This document shows positions 28,300 through 38,800 of a stretch of 64,000 nt of DNA, piece after piece; the stretch's first letter is position 1; every line of letters starts with the position of its first letter. A model generated the notes under the pieces. The model made no database searches. It was not told the origin of the DNA and was given only the letters and a program-made list of their open reading frames with translations. The position numbers and the translations under genes were made by a program. The DNA lies in assembly GCA_043745805.1 (NCBI GenBank), contig JAYTSD010000001.1, positions 32,001-96,000 of the forward strand, read 5' to 3'. This DNA comes from Fibrobacteria bacterium (GTDB lineage: Bacteria > Fibrobacterota > Fibrobacteria > UBA11236).

Positions 28300-28788
28300 A
28301 TGGCGCATAAAATTTATAGTTCTGACTTTTATCTAGCGATTTTAAGTGGTTTTTTTATTTTAGGTTGCGCTTCGCAATCCGCTAATGAAAAAAATATTTA
28401 TTTGCGTTACAGTCAAAAAAATCAAAATGAAGCGCATTATTTTTTAGATGGGGAAGAGATTGAGCCCGTTTCGGAAAGCGCAGAGGCTTTGCATACAGAA
28501 AAAAAATCCTCGCAAAACATTTTGGCATTTTCTTTTCCAAAGAATTTTAAAAAAGAAAAGAATCAGTACTGCACATTTACAGTAGCCGTTGCCGGATATG
28601 GAAAAAAAGATTTTTTACTGAATCTTGAATCTAAACGTGCCTCTTCTCCAAAAGCCTTTGATTTAATGCTGACTATTCGTGAGAATAAAACTTTGGATAT
28701 TTATTTAAATATTCCTTATGGATCGAATGAAAGTAATTTAACCACCTTAAATTTTGGTGGAGAAAAAAAGGTCGCGCATGTGGAATAA
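28300..28788 (+). CDS. Hypothetical lipoprotein
   Basis: FILGC lipobox. Confidence 0.65.
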   Translation: MAHKIYSSDFYLAILSGFFILGCASQSANEKNIYLRYSQKNQNEAHYFLDGEEIEPVSESAEALHTEKKSSQNILAFSFPKNFKKEKNQYCTFTVAVAGYGKKDFLLNLESKRASSPKAFDLMLTIRENKTLDIYLNIPYGSNESNLTTLNFGGEKKVAHVE

Positions 28789-29221
28789 GTTGCGGCAAGT
28801 TTTATTGCCAAAAGAAAGCATGCTGTGCCAAGTGCTGGGATTATTTGCCATGTTGCTTTTATTGTGTTTCACAGGCTGTGCCAAGCTATTTCGACCGCAT
28901 TATGCGGATGAATCGGGCTCTGGAATCAATGTGATATTGCGCGCCGAAGATAAAGATGCACGTATACAAATTAATGGCAAGGCGATTATTGGGACTTTAA
29001 TTTACGATGGCGAAAAAAAAGCATCATCCTATTATGTTTATCATTTTCCCCTAACTGAAAAATTTTCGACGGTGAATATTACGGTCCAAAAGGGATCTGT
29101 TTCTAAAATCTTTTCGGTAGAAAGAAAAGCAGCCTCCGGAAGCTGGAGTAATACACCGTTTGTTTTCGTAGACAAATTGACCGGCTCGCTTTATTCCTAT
29201 GATGATATTGTTGTGCCTTAA
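28754..29221 (+). CDS. Hypothetical lipoprotein
   Basis: LLLLCFTGC lipobox; the true start is likely downstream (ATG at 28778). Confidence 0.65.
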   Translation: MVEKKRSRMWNKLRQVLLPKESMLCQVLGLFAMLLLLCFTGCAKLFRPHYADESGSGINVILRAEDKDARIQINGKAIIGTLIYDGEKKASSYYVYHFPLTEKFSTVNITVQKGSVSKIFSVERKAASGSWSNTPFVFVDKLTGSLYSYDDIVVP

Positions 29222-29252
29222 GGTTACTTCGTTACTTGGGCATTTTATCATT

Positions 29253-30167
29253 TCAAAAAATCAACCCATTGGCTTCTAAATATTTCTGTTCTTGTGGAAT
29301 ATTGGAGCTTAAGATTCTTTTTGCGGTAGGAAATTGATTTTTAAAAAAGGTAATTTGTTTTTTTGCGTATTTACGGGTTTGTTGCTGAATCAGATGGACT
29401 GCTTTTTCTAGGGGTAATTTTCCTGTTACAGTATCCGCTAATTCTTTATAGCCAATAGCTTGTAAGCCTGGGCTTTCCCAATCCAAATTTTGTTTGAGAA
29501 GCTGTTGGATTTCATCAAGCCAACCGGTCTTGAGCATTTGCTTGGTGCGTTGATCGATGCGGTTATAAAGTGCGTCTCGCTCTTCATCTATCCATAGTAA
29601 AGGCACAGACGCATACTCATTCGCAATATGTTTTTGGCTGGCAAAAGCCGTATAACTTTGGCCGGTGATTAAAAAATTTTCCCAGAGTTTGCGTATACGA
29701 AAGCCATCATGCGGATGCACCTTGGCGGCGGCGAGTGGATCTAATTGCAACATTTCGGCATGCAGGATGGCCAAACCTTTTTGCGCCACGCGCTCTTCCA
29801 CTTCTGCTTTGATAGCCAGCGGTGTTTCGCCTCGAGTTTGCATAGCAGGATAAAGCCATTCTTTAAGATAAAGACCACTGCCACCTACGACAATAAAATT
29901 TGTTTGGGGATTTTCATTTAAAATTTTTTCTGTGGTTAAAGCAAATTCGCGGGGTGAAAAGGTTTGCGTTATTGGCAAGCAAGAAACTAAATAATGTGGA
30001 ATTAAGACTTGTTCTTCTGGGCTTGGGGAGTTTACGCCAATATGTAAATCGGCATACATTTGCCGAGAGTCCGCAGAAATAATCGTAAACTCATTTCGAC
30101 GGGCAAGATTTAGCGCAAAAGCAGATTTTCCTACCGCCGTGGCCCCACAAATAATCGCCTTCAACAT
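29253..30167 (-). CDS. miaA: tRNA dimethylallyltransferase
   Basis: GATAVGKS, SADSRQMY, VGGSGLY, AIGYKE, YAKKQITFF. Confidence 0.93.
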   Translation of the reverse strand: MLKAIICGATAVGKSAFALNLARRNEFTIISADSRQMYADLHIGVNSPSPEEQVLIPHYLVSCLPITQTFSPREFALTTEKILNENPQTNFIVVGGSGLYLKEWLYPAMQTRGETPLAIKAEVEERVAQKGLAILHAEMLQLDPLAAAKVHPHDGFRIRKLWENFLITGQSYTAFASQKHIANEYASVPLLWIDEERDALYNRIDQRTKQMLKTGWLDEIQQLLKQNLDWESPGLQAIGYKELADTVTGKLPLEKAVHLIQQQTRKYAKKQITFFKNQFPTAKRILSSNIPQEQKYLEANGLIF

Positions 30168-30184
30168 GAAACTAATTTATTATT

Positions 30185-31300
30185 TTGGCCGGCATGCGTG
30201 TATTGAAGTTGACTCTGTTTTTTATGCTTATCACGGGAGCCATAATTATTGCTGGTAAATGGCTGCCCCATTTATTTATTCCTCATTCTGCCAAAAGCCT
30301 TAATTCTATTGATTCTTTGGGCCAAACTGATAGTGTGGCTATGCTTAAAGATTCCACAAAAGGAAAATGGGCTTCCAAATTAGCTTTCCCTTTAATCCGA
30401 GCCTATAAATTAAATCCTAAAACCTTGCATAAACGTTACAGTTTTTGGGAATTAGCTTTGCCGAAAGGCAAACCGATTCATGAATATGCTTTAGAATTAG
30501 AAAAACTTTGTCGTAGCAAACAAATTAAGGTGATTAAAGGCGTGGAATTACTGCCACGTGATAAACAAGTCGAATACACTTTGGAAAGCGAAGGTGATAC
30601 TTTACGTTTACGCTTAAACTTGAATCAAAATGTATTAGCAGGATCTGCCAAGCTCGCGATTGTTTGGGTGGGTTTGGATTCCTTATCGCCAGCGCAAAGA
30701 GAAGCTTTGATCGAAAGTCCTTGGGAAAAAACCTTGCTACTCAATGCGTTGGAGGATGCTATCAAAGACTGGAATCCTTTGCCGGAACAAAATGAAATCT
30801 TTTTGGAATTGCCCATGGAACCGTCAAATTATGCACAGGCACATAATATTCAAGCGGGACTTTTTATTCATCATAATGAAAAGGAAATCAATAAAACCCT
30901 GGATCAATTGCTGGATGTGGTTCCCAAGGCCAAAGGCTTTGGCAGCAAATGGGGCGATAGAGCAGTCGAAAACCAGCCTTTATTGGAAAAATTTTTTGCT
31001 TATATCGCGCCACGACATTTGGTATTTTTGGATTTGACCGGATCGCAACGTAGTCTGGTGGGGAGTTTGGCGGGGGCGCATGGAGCCTTTTGTAAGGTAA
31101 CGCCGGTGTTTCGCGATAGCTTGCATTTAGAGGCAGAGTTGAACAAAAAAATCATTACCGCACAAAAAAATGGCGATGCTATTTTGGTGATAGCTTATTC
31201 TCCTTTTGTGGCGAGAAGTTTTAGTCAATGGCTACAAACCAATAAAAATGATTTACAAGCAAAAGGTTTAGAGCTAGTAAAGGTCTCCAGTCTCTTTTGA
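30185..31300 (+). CDS. Divergent polysaccharide deacetylase (YibQ-like) with N-terminal anchor; catalytic motifs look degenerate
   Basis: ELPMEP, VFLD.TGS motifs. Confidence 0.6.
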   Translation: MAGMRVLKLTLFFMLITGAIIIAGKWLPHLFIPHSAKSLNSIDSLGQTDSVAMLKDSTKGKWASKLAFPLIRAYKLNPKTLHKRYSFWELALPKGKPIHEYALELEKLCRSKQIKVIKGVELLPRDKQVEYTLESEGDTLRLRLNLNQNVLAGSAKLAIVWVGLDSLSPAQREALIESPWEKTLLLNALEDAIKDWNPLPEQNEIFLELPMEPSNYAQAHNIQAGLFIHHNEKEINKTLDQLLDVVPKAKGFGSKWGDRAVENQPLLEKFFAYIAPRHLVFLDLTGSQRSLVGSLAGAHGAFCKVTPVFRDSLHLEAELNKKIITAQKNGDAILVIAYSPFVARSFSQWLQTNKNDLQAKGLELVKVSSLF

Positions 31301-31334
31301 ATTGCTACTTTTAAAACCATACTGAGGAGAGCCA

Positions 31335-32060
31335 ATGCCAAAACTCGGCGTGAATATTGATCATATTGCCACCTTACGGGAAGCCCGTAAAATTCGTGAA
31401 CCCGATCCGGTTGCTGCCGCTGCACTTTGTGAACTGGCCGGTGCGCATGGGATCACAGTACATTTGCGCGAAGATAGACGCCATATTCAAGAACGGGATG
31501 TGCGATTGCTTCGGCAAACGGTGACCACGCATTTGAATTTGGAAATGGCGGCCACACCGGATATGTTGCAATTCGCTATCGATGTATTACCCGATATGGT
31601 AACCTTGGTGCCGGAAAAGCGTGAAGAGCTCACTACCGAAGGAGGCTTGGATGTGCGCGGTAAACTGGAAGAGATTACTAAAATCACCAATTCTTTACGC
31701 AAACACAAAGTGGAAGTCTCCGTATTTATTGATCCTGATTTAAGCCAAGTGAAAGCCGCCTTACGCGCGGGTGTGCGCTTTATTGAATTGCATACGGGTA
31801 ATTATTGCACCGCTTTTGATTTTGGAGAGGGAAATGAATGGGAAGAAGAACTCAATAAAATTATCGATATGACACAGTTTGCTCGCAAGAATGATATTTA
31901 TGTGAATGCGGGTCATGGATTAAATTATCGTAATGTGAGGCCGGTCGCGGAAATCAAAGGCATTGAAGAATTTAATATTGGCCATGCTATTATCAGTCGC
32001 GCAGCCTTGGTCGGTTTAGATAAAGCCGTACGCGATATGTTGGAATTGTTGAAAGTATAA
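31335..32060 (+). CDS. pdxJ: Pyridoxine 5'-phosphate synthase
   Basis: [30 protein letters not shown]. Confidence 0.96.
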   Translation: MPKLGVNIDHIATLREARKIREPDPVAAAALCELAGAHGITVHLREDRRHIQERDVRLLRQTVTTHLNLEMAATPDMLQFAIDVLPDMVTLVPEKREELTTEGGLDVRGKLEEITKITNSLRKHKVEVSVFIDPDLSQVKAALRAGVRFIELHTGNYCTAFDFGEGNEWEEELNKIIDMTQFARKNDIYVNAGHGLNYRNVRPVAEIKGIEEFNIGHAIISRAALVGLDKAVRDMLELLKV

Positions 32061-32084
32061 ATTAAGCCTAATGCAATATTAAGC

Positions 32085-34250
32085 TTAATTCAATAAAGTC
32101 CAATCGACTCCAAAACGAAAAATCACTCCAGGTGGATGTACGCCAGGTTCAGGTGAATAGCGATCATGATTAAAATTCACCGCTTTAAAGAAGAAAATAA
32201 AGCTTTTAATTTGCATTTGGGCTTTAAAGTCTAAGGCTAAATATTCATCTAATTTTACTACTGAGGAATTTCCTTGGCCATCGGAAGCCCAAGCATAGCG
32301 AGTTCCAAACCATTCCCAATCCCAATCCAATTTTACTTTTAATTTATTATCCACTAATAATTTTTTCCAACCCAAATGGCCTTTGTAAATGGAATTAGAT
32401 AATGCGCGATTGCTTAATAACTTTGTTTTAGACCAACCTTGCACTTCATTCACCAAGTGATAATTATTCTTTAATCCTAATTCCCAATGCCCTAAGCGTA
32501 ATTCCATTCCTATATAAAACAAATCCAGATTTGCATCTCTATTCACTAATTTAAGACCCAAGGAATCGGGAACTAGGGTTTTTGCAGAATCGATGCAAAC
32601 CTTGCTAGGCAAAGTGATATCTGCAGAATCTTTATTTTGAATTCTCTGGCAAATATTGGGATCGGGAGATAAAAGTGGAAGCCAAGCCTCTTGTATACTA
32701 TTCATTTCCAAACCACCGGAAAGTGTAAGCCAAGACCATTCACTTTTTAAACCCCCATGAATTGAGGTATTTTTTTCGGGTTGTAAATTTGCATTCGGGT
32801 AAAATCCATAATTTGGTTGTAAGCGATACATTTGCAAAGGCGTAGGCGCCTTTTGTTCCTCGCCCATACTGGCCTCGGCGGAAAATCCCCAAGGCAAATC
32901 AAGGGCTAAGGAAGTTTGTCCATCGAATAAATAAATTTGTTTATTGTGCATTAAACTATGACGATGACTTTCGCTTAAAACTTCGCCTTGTAAAAAGCGC
33001 CAACGGGGTTGCCATTGTAAACCGAGGGCCTCTTTATCGCTCCAGCCGGAGGGGCTAGGTTTATTATCAAATCCTAAATAGAGAGGCGCATTATAAATTT
33101 CGGATTGTCCAGAAGCATAAATTCTCGGTAACCCCCAAACTTTGAGCAAGCGTGCCGAAACTTCGCCATCCTGCCAATCTCCCTCTTGCTTATGTAAAGC
33201 GGCTCGGGCGGAATGACTGGAGTCGTTTAAGCTTTCCTCTCTAACAAAGGAAGCGTGTCGGTAACGTATCCTATAAGATACGTTTGGTGTCCAAGCGGAA
33301 TAAATTCCTCCCAAAGTAAGGGCATTAAATCCCGAAGGCATGAGTGCTTGTTCGGAATCGTGTTTAACTAAATTGCGTGGATAGGTTAAGCTGCTTTTGT
33401 TTTCCACTTTGTCCATAAAAAATTCGGCTACACTATTGGTATCTAACCAGTAACCTAAGCGTACACGCATATTTTGTGCGTTTAAATAATGCGAATAGCC
33501 TTGCAAAACTAAGGAGGCGCTGTCCCTGTCAATGGGCTTATAAAGCTTTCCTAAAAAACCCCAGCCACTTAAAAAAGGTTGATGGGTTTGAAAGGGATAA
33601 TCAAAAAACTGCGAGTCCGCCGAGGCGGTCCAATAATCAATGGCGATATAAGTTTTTTCTGAAAGCATGCGACGCAAATTCACATGAAAAGTATTGTAAG
33701 CTAAAGCACCTTTACTCCAGTTGAGATGTGTTATCGGGGTGTCGAGTGGGGAAATAGGCTGCCAGTCTTCGCGAACCGCAAGGGCATGCCCTTGGCCATC
33801 GAGATGATAACCTAAAGCGGGGATTAAGCCGCCGTCTTGATAGGGAGAATAGTCGGCCAAAGGAAAATAAACCGAGCGATAGGGAATGGGTTTAAATTGT
33901 TGTAAGGAAAATATCTTGGCGCGCAAACCCGCATTGGGTAATTCATTGGAGTAAAGTGCGGCATTATTGCGGAAACAATTTAACGGACTATTCAGAGGTT
34001 CCACGCAGGTTACTAAGGAAGTCGAATCGGATTGATCCAAGTGATAAGCGCTATTCCGAATAGTAGTATCTTTAGCCAAAGCTTTAATTGGCGTTTTTAG
34101 GGTATCACGACCAATGGATTTTTTTATTGCAATAGCTTTTGTAGTGTCGTTTTTTTGCAGGCCCAAATCGTCGGCAAAGCAGGGATTAAGTAAAGAGAAT
34201 CCTAAAAATAAACTCAGGCTAAGTGAGATTAAGCGCATAAAAAATAACAT
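32085..34250 (-). CDS. Large outer-membrane beta-barrel (putative porin/TonB-receptor-like)
   Basis: Signal peptide; C-terminal PG..FRFGVDW. Confidence 0.6.
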   Translation of the reverse strand: MLFFMRLISLSLSLFLGFSLLNPCFADDLGLQKNDTTKAIAIKKSIGRDTLKTPIKALAKDTTIRNSAYHLDQSDSTSLVTCVEPLNSPLNCFRNNAALYSNELPNAGLRAKIFSLQQFKPIPYRSVYFPLADYSPYQDGGLIPALGYHLDGQGHALAVREDWQPISPLDTPITHLNWSKGALAYNTFHVNLRRMLSEKTYIAIDYWTASADSQFFDYPFQTHQPFLSGWGFLGKLYKPIDRDSASLVLQGYSHYLNAQNMRVRLGYWLDTNSVAEFFMDKVENKSSLTYPRNLVKHDSEQALMPSGFNALTLGGIYSAWTPNVSYRIRYRHASFVREESLNDSSHSARAALHKQEGDWQDGEVSARLLKVWGLPRIYASGQSEIYNAPLYLGFDNKPSPSGWSDKEALGLQWQPRWRFLQGEVLSESHRHSLMHNKQIYLFDGQTSLALDLPWGFSAEASMGEEQKAPTPLQMYRLQPNYGFYPNANLQPEKNTSIHGGLKSEWSWLTLSGGLEMNSIQEAWLPLLSPDPNICQRIQNKDSADITLPSKVCIDSAKTLVPDSLGLKLVNRDANLDLFYIGMELRLGHWELGLKNNYHLVNEVQGWSKTKLLSNRALSNSIYKGHLGWKKLLVDNKLKVKLDWDWEWFGTRYAWASDGQGNSSVVKLDEYLALDFKAQMQIKSFIFFFKAVNFNHDRYSPEPGVHPPGVIFRFGVDWTLLN

Positions 34251-34321
34251 GGGGTCAAATTAGTTTTTTGTACGCTAATTGTGCATCAAAATGCAGGGCT
34301 ATTAAGCGCCACTAAGCGCTA

Positions 34322-34651
34322 TTAAGCCCCATTAATGAATTTTTTAATCTCTTCCCAATTGTCTTCAAAGCGTATGCCTTTATCATCGATATACACATCC
34401 GCATAAATCTTTCTTGTGCCTAAATCCGCGCCTGGAACGGCCGTATTAATGGAATCGAAAGGCACATCATGCTCAATCAAAAATTCACGCACATCGCGCT
34501 CTTCTTGCCCTTGACGACAAGTCCAAATGGCAATTTTATGACCTTTTTTCTTAAATGCTTTTAAGGCCTCGCGAGCACCGGTTTTTAATTTTCCGATTTT
34601 TGGGTATTCATGATCGACGACGGTTCCGTCAAAATCTACAGCTAAAATCAT
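34322..34651 (-). CDS. Small capless HAD hydrolase (BT0820-like)
   Basis: DFDGT, WTCR, K.YAD.YIDD. Confidence 0.85.
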   Translation of the reverse strand: MILAVDFDGTVVDHEYPKIGKLKTGAREALKAFKKKGHKIAIWTCRQGQEERDVREFLIEHDVPFDSINTAVPGADLGTRKIYADVYIDDKGIRFEDNWEEIKKFINGA

Positions 34652-34657
34652 AGGTTT

Positions 34658-35650
34658 TTAAATTTCCAATATCCAAGTGTTTAGGGCATGTTGGAATTCT
34701 ACCATGGATCGGGGTCTTTCGTCGATATCGCGACTCATACAATGCAATAAAAATTCACGTAGTTTTTCGCCTTTTTTGAAGGGGATTTCGGGAACTTCGG
34801 GTTCAACTCGTGCTAAAGCGGCAATGCCCTCTTCGCGGAAATTAATTTCTTCGCGCTTGGCAAAAGGATGTACGCCGGTAAAGGCAAAAGTGGCCATGGC
34901 GGCCAAAGAAAAAATATCGGTGCGATTATCAATTTTATAATACTCACCTTGTAATTGTTCATAAGACATATGCGAAGGTGTTCCAAGTACGGTCATATGT
35001 TCATCACCCACATCACCTTCTACATGAATCCAGCGCGCCGCGCCTAAATCACTGAGAAAAGGTTCCCAACCTTTGACAATAATATTGCTGGGCTTTAAAT
35101 CGCGATGAATCACGCCCCGAAAATGTAATTCGCCCACAAGGCCCGCTACCGCATTGATAAATACAATACGACGCATGAGCTCTTTCACATCTTTGGGTGC
35201 TTTTTTAATGAGGTCATGAAAATTAGGACCATCGATATATTCCATCATGGTGAAATAATGTTTGTTATGCAAATTACCATAATCAAAAATCTTCACTAAA
35301 TTGCGCACATTTTGCGAAGTTAAAAAAGTATTGTAAAAAATTTCCGTCATAAAACTTTTGACAATTTTATTGTTCGACATGGTACGTGGCGTACGATATA
35401 AAGAGGGACGTAACACGCGTAATACTACGCTGTGCAGCCCTTTGCCAATCACATGCACGTTCGGTGCTAAAAAAACATCGCAGAAGCCACCCGACCCCAG
35501 CCATTTGCTAATGGTGAAGCCTGGATCGTAGGCTTTAAAGTCCGCTTCCAAATTTTGGCGATAAATTTCCAAATAATCGCTGCCACGTTCGGGCAATTTG
35601 TTTTTGCCTGAGCCTAACCAATTGGTGATGCTATCTAAGGAAAAATCCAT
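34658..35650 (-). CDS. Hanks-type Ser/Thr kinase domain protein, cytoplasmic
   Basis: LGSGGF, HRDLKPSN, DLG, GTP..MSYEQ, TDIFSL. Confidence 0.88.
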   Translation of the reverse strand: MDFSLDSITNWLGSGKNKLPERGSDYLEIYRQNLEADFKAYDPGFTISKWLGSGGFCDVFLAPNVHVIGKGLHSVVLRVLRPSLYRTPRTMSNNKIVKSFMTEIFYNTFLTSQNVRNLVKIFDYGNLHNKHYFTMMEYIDGPNFHDLIKKAPKDVKELMRRIVFINAVAGLVGELHFRGVIHRDLKPSNIIVKGWEPFLSDLGAARWIHVEGDVGDEHMTVLGTPSHMSYEQLQGEYYKIDNRTDIFSLAAMATFAFTGVHPFAKREEINFREEGIAALARVEPEVPEIPFKKGEKLREFLLHCMSRDIDERPRSMVEFQHALNTWILEI

Positions 35651-35818
35651 ATATCCCCGCTTTCGCCCTAAAGCATATCAAAAACCGTAACTTCTCTCAA
35701 TCCAGTAATTTTGCCCAGACCTGAACACTCAACGTAAACACCATTTTGGGCTATATTTAAAGCACGGACAAGGATTTCTTTGATTGTCTTCCAAACTTAG
35801 GGCTATGGATAAAATATT

Positions 35819-36940
35819 TTGAGCACAAACTTTGCAAAATTACCTCCTAAGGGGGCATTGGTCGCTGTGGCGATGAGTGGAGGCGTTGATTCTTCGGCGG
35901 CTGCTTTATTAATTCAAAGAGCCGGATATCAAGCTGTTGGGGTTACTATGAAGTTGTGGAGTCCTCCAGTAACAGCATGTAGCACTGATAGTGCTGACAA
36001 AACCTGTTGCACGGTGGATAGTGCCATGGATGCGAAACGGGTTTGTGATCAAATTGGCATTCCGCATTTTACTTTGGATATGCAGGACGATTTTGAAGCG
36101 CGCGTGATTCAGCCTTTTTATGAAGCGTATTTGCAAGGTGAAACGCCTAATCCCTGTGTGAATTGTAATAGTTTTGTAAAATGGGATGCGCTGTGGAAAC
36201 GCGCAAAATCCGTGGGCGCGGAGTATTTGGCCACCGGTCATTATGCCACGGTTTTACATGAAGGCGAAAGAGCTTTTATTGAACGCGGTTCCGATCCCGC
36301 CAAGGATCAAAGTTATTTTTTATGGGGTATCCCTCCAGTTACCTTAATGCGCACGCTTTTTCCTTTAGCCGCTTTAACTAAGCCTGAAGTTCGTGCTTTG
36401 GCCACCGAAGCTGGTTTGCGCACAGCACAAAAAAGTGAAAGCCAAGATATTTGTTTTATTCCCGATGGTAATTATCGAACCTTTATTGCGGATCGTGCTA
36501 AAGAGCAAGGATTGTCTCCTGAAGCCGGTCGCATATTAGGGCCTGATGGCGAAGACCGCGGCGCCCATTTAGGCTTGCCTTATTATACCATTGGACAACG
36601 CAAAGGCATTGGCGTCGCAACAGGCGAACCGGTATTTGTGAAAAAACTCGATCGAGCTACGAACACTTTATTATTAGGTCGCAAAGATGATTTGTATAGC
36701 CAAGGTTTTCATGCCGACCGCTTAAATTTTTTCGGTGATGATTTTGATACTTTGGAATGCCAAGTGCAATATCGTTATCGCGCACAAACCAAGCAGGGCA
36801 TTTTAAAAAACCTAGGTGATGGTAAAATTACCGTAACTTTGAAGGAACCCGGCTATTGTGTGTCTCCAGGGCAATCGGCGGTTTTTTATGATGGCGCAAA
36901 ACTTTTAGGCGGCGCTCGTATTCGCGAAGTGATTTATTAG
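35819..36940 (+). CDS. mnmA: tRNA 2-thiouridylase
   Basis: AMSGGVDS, PNPCVNCN, ATGHY, KDQSYFL, SQDICF. Confidence 0.95.
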   Translation: MSTNFAKLPPKGALVAVAMSGGVDSSAAALLIQRAGYQAVGVTMKLWSPPVTACSTDSADKTCCTVDSAMDAKRVCDQIGIPHFTLDMQDDFEARVIQPFYEAYLQGETPNPCVNCNSFVKWDALWKRAKSVGAEYLATGHYATVLHEGERAFIERGSDPAKDQSYFLWGIPPVTLMRTLFPLAALTKPEVRALATEAGLRTAQKSESQDICFIPDGNYRTFIADRAKEQGLSPEAGRILGPDGEDRGAHLGLPYYTIGQRKGIGVATGEPVFVKKLDRATNTLLLGRKDDLYSQGFHADRLNFFGDDFDTLECQVQYRYRAQTKQGILKNLGDGKITVTLKEPGYCVSPGQSAVFYDGAKLLGGARIREVIY

Positions 36941-36970
36941 GAGGCTCTGAGCTTGTCGAAATGACAGTTC

Positions 36971-38233
36971 TTATAAGGTCTCTTTAATTTTCATCTCCAA
37001 AAAATTCATTTCTGTTTTGGACGCGGTCATTTGCTGTGCTTGACTAAAGTATTTACGCGCTTCCGTCCTTTCACCATTTTGTAAATACAATTCGCCTAAA
37101 GTCGCATAAAGCAGATAATAATTTTTTAATCGATCATCTTCGCGTAAGTCGAGTAATTGACAAATCGCTTTTTGTGGACTTTCCATTTGTGAAAGAATTA
37201 TGGCTCGGTTTAGTTTTATCACCGGATTATTTTTCATTTCCCCCAAAACTTCATATAAAGAATCTATGCGGCTCCAATTCGTAGAAGCAAAATCTTTGGC
37301 CGTGCAATGTTCAGCGGCGATGGACGCTTCAACATGGTATTCCGATAAGAGATTGCCTTGGGCGGACGAGGTTAAAAAAACCAATCCTTGAAGAATTAAT
37401 TTTTGATTCCACTGCGAACGATTTTGTTGCGAAAAAATAATCAAAGCGCCTTTATCATCGATACGACTTTCAAAACGCGCCACATGAAAACACATTAATG
37501 CCATCAAGGCCTTGGCCTCCATTTGTTCGGGGAAATGTTCTATGAGTAACATGCAAAGTCGCATAGCTTCGGCGCATAAATCTTTGCGGATTAGAAAATC
37601 GGGATGCGAAGAATTATACCCTTCATTAAAAAGCAAATAAATGCACATATAAGCGCTTTGCAAACGGCTTTCCAAAGCTTCGCCCTCGGGAATTTCCAAA
37701 GGCAAATTTTTTTGCCGAAACTCTTCTTTAGCGCGATAAAGTCTTTTTTGAATGGTAGCTTCTTGCGTGAATAAAGCATTGGCGATTTCTTGAGCATTAA
37801 AGCCGCAAAGAATTTTTAAAGTAATAGCGATTTGCGATTCTATAGGAAGTAATGGATGACAGCACACAAAAATCATACGTAACATAGAATCTTTGACTTG
37901 CGACTCCTGGAAATTATTTTCTAATTCCGCATCATTTAATAATTCCGGTAAAATATCCAAAGCATGTAAATCGGGAATTTTTTCTCGCTTGATAAAATTC
38001 AAAAGCTTTCGTTTTGCCACGGTTAAAACCCAAGCGCTGGGATTTTCGGGGACTTTGTCGAAGCTCCATTGTTGCAGGGCTGCAATTAAGGTTTCTTGCA
38101 CCATATCTTCGGCTAAAGCCAAATTTTTAATGCCGAATATTTTTGTGAGTAGGGATACAATTCGTCCCGCCTCATGGCGAAAAAAATGATCCATCCAGCC
38201 ATCTATTGATGCGGTGGATGGACCTTGGTCCAT
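36971..38233 (-). CDS. ECF sigma factor with C-terminal TPR/DUF6596 extension (ECF42-like)
   Basis: AEDMVQE, P.NP.AW, LRMIFVCCHP, YLLFNEGY, LNRAI; adjacent YCII gene. Confidence 0.9.
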   Translation of the reverse strand: MDQGPSTASIDGWMDHFFRHEAGRIVSLLTKIFGIKNLALAEDMVQETLIAALQQWSFDKVPENPSAWVLTVAKRKLLNFIKREKIPDLHALDILPELLNDAELENNFQESQVKDSMLRMIFVCCHPLLPIESQIAITLKILCGFNAQEIANALFTQEATIQKRLYRAKEEFRQKNLPLEIPEGEALESRLQSAYMCIYLLFNEGYNSSHPDFLIRKDLCAEAMRLCMLLIEHFPEQMEAKALMALMCFHVARFESRIDDKGALIIFSQQNRSQWNQKLILQGLVFLTSSAQGNLLSEYHVEASIAAEHCTAKDFASTNWSRIDSLYEVLGEMKNNPVIKLNRAIILSQMESPQKAICQLLDLREDDRLKNYYLLYATLGELYLQNGERTEARKYFSQAQQMTASKTEMNFLEMKIKETL

Positions 38234-38569
38234 TTACATTTTTCCAATACGGCGAACAATAATTTCGCAATGATTGATCAAAGGGCAGTCTTTAGCTAAG
38301 GCCACCGCTTCCTCATAATCTTTCGCTTTGATAAGTACATAGCCGCCAATAATTTCTTTACCTTCCAAGAAAGGACCATCGGTTAATACGGTACTTTTAT
38401 TTTTGAGGTAACGTCCAGTGCCTGGTTCAAGCGGTGCGCCACCTTTGTAACGCCCTTCGGCGGTCATTTTTTCCATCCAAGGCATATAGGCCATCATACG
38501 TTTTTGCATATCTTCGGGAGAAACATTGGCATAATCGCCGGTGCTGATGATTAACATAAATTCGTCCAT
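38234..38569 (-). CDS. YCII/DGPF family protein
   Basis: TDGPFLEGKEIIGGY. Confidence 0.9.
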   Translation of the reverse strand: MDEFMLIISTGDYANVSPEDMQKRMMAYMPWMEKMTAEGRYKGGAPLEPGTGRYLKNKSTVLTDGPFLEGKEIIGGYVLIKAKDYEEAVALAKDCPLINHCEIIVRRIGKM

Positions 38570-38800
38570 GAGATTTCCTTTTTAAAGAAGTTAATTAAAC
38601 GAGTGATCTTTAAGATTAGATCCTTTACTCAACTGTATGACAATCGAAAAGAACTAAATAGGACAAACTTTTAAAAATATTTTTTGTAGGGGGGCGGTGC
38701 GCATCGACAAGCTCTGCGTCCGTGAGTATTTTTATTTATTGTGATCATAGCGATTGTCGATGAGTACGTAGATGCCAGGGTCACTCGATAGGTTTTCCGG

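Noticed and set aside
34299-34338. 10-bp periodic repeat CTATTAAGCG-like
   Set aside because: Only 3-4 degenerate units at a gene end; no spacers, not CRISPR.
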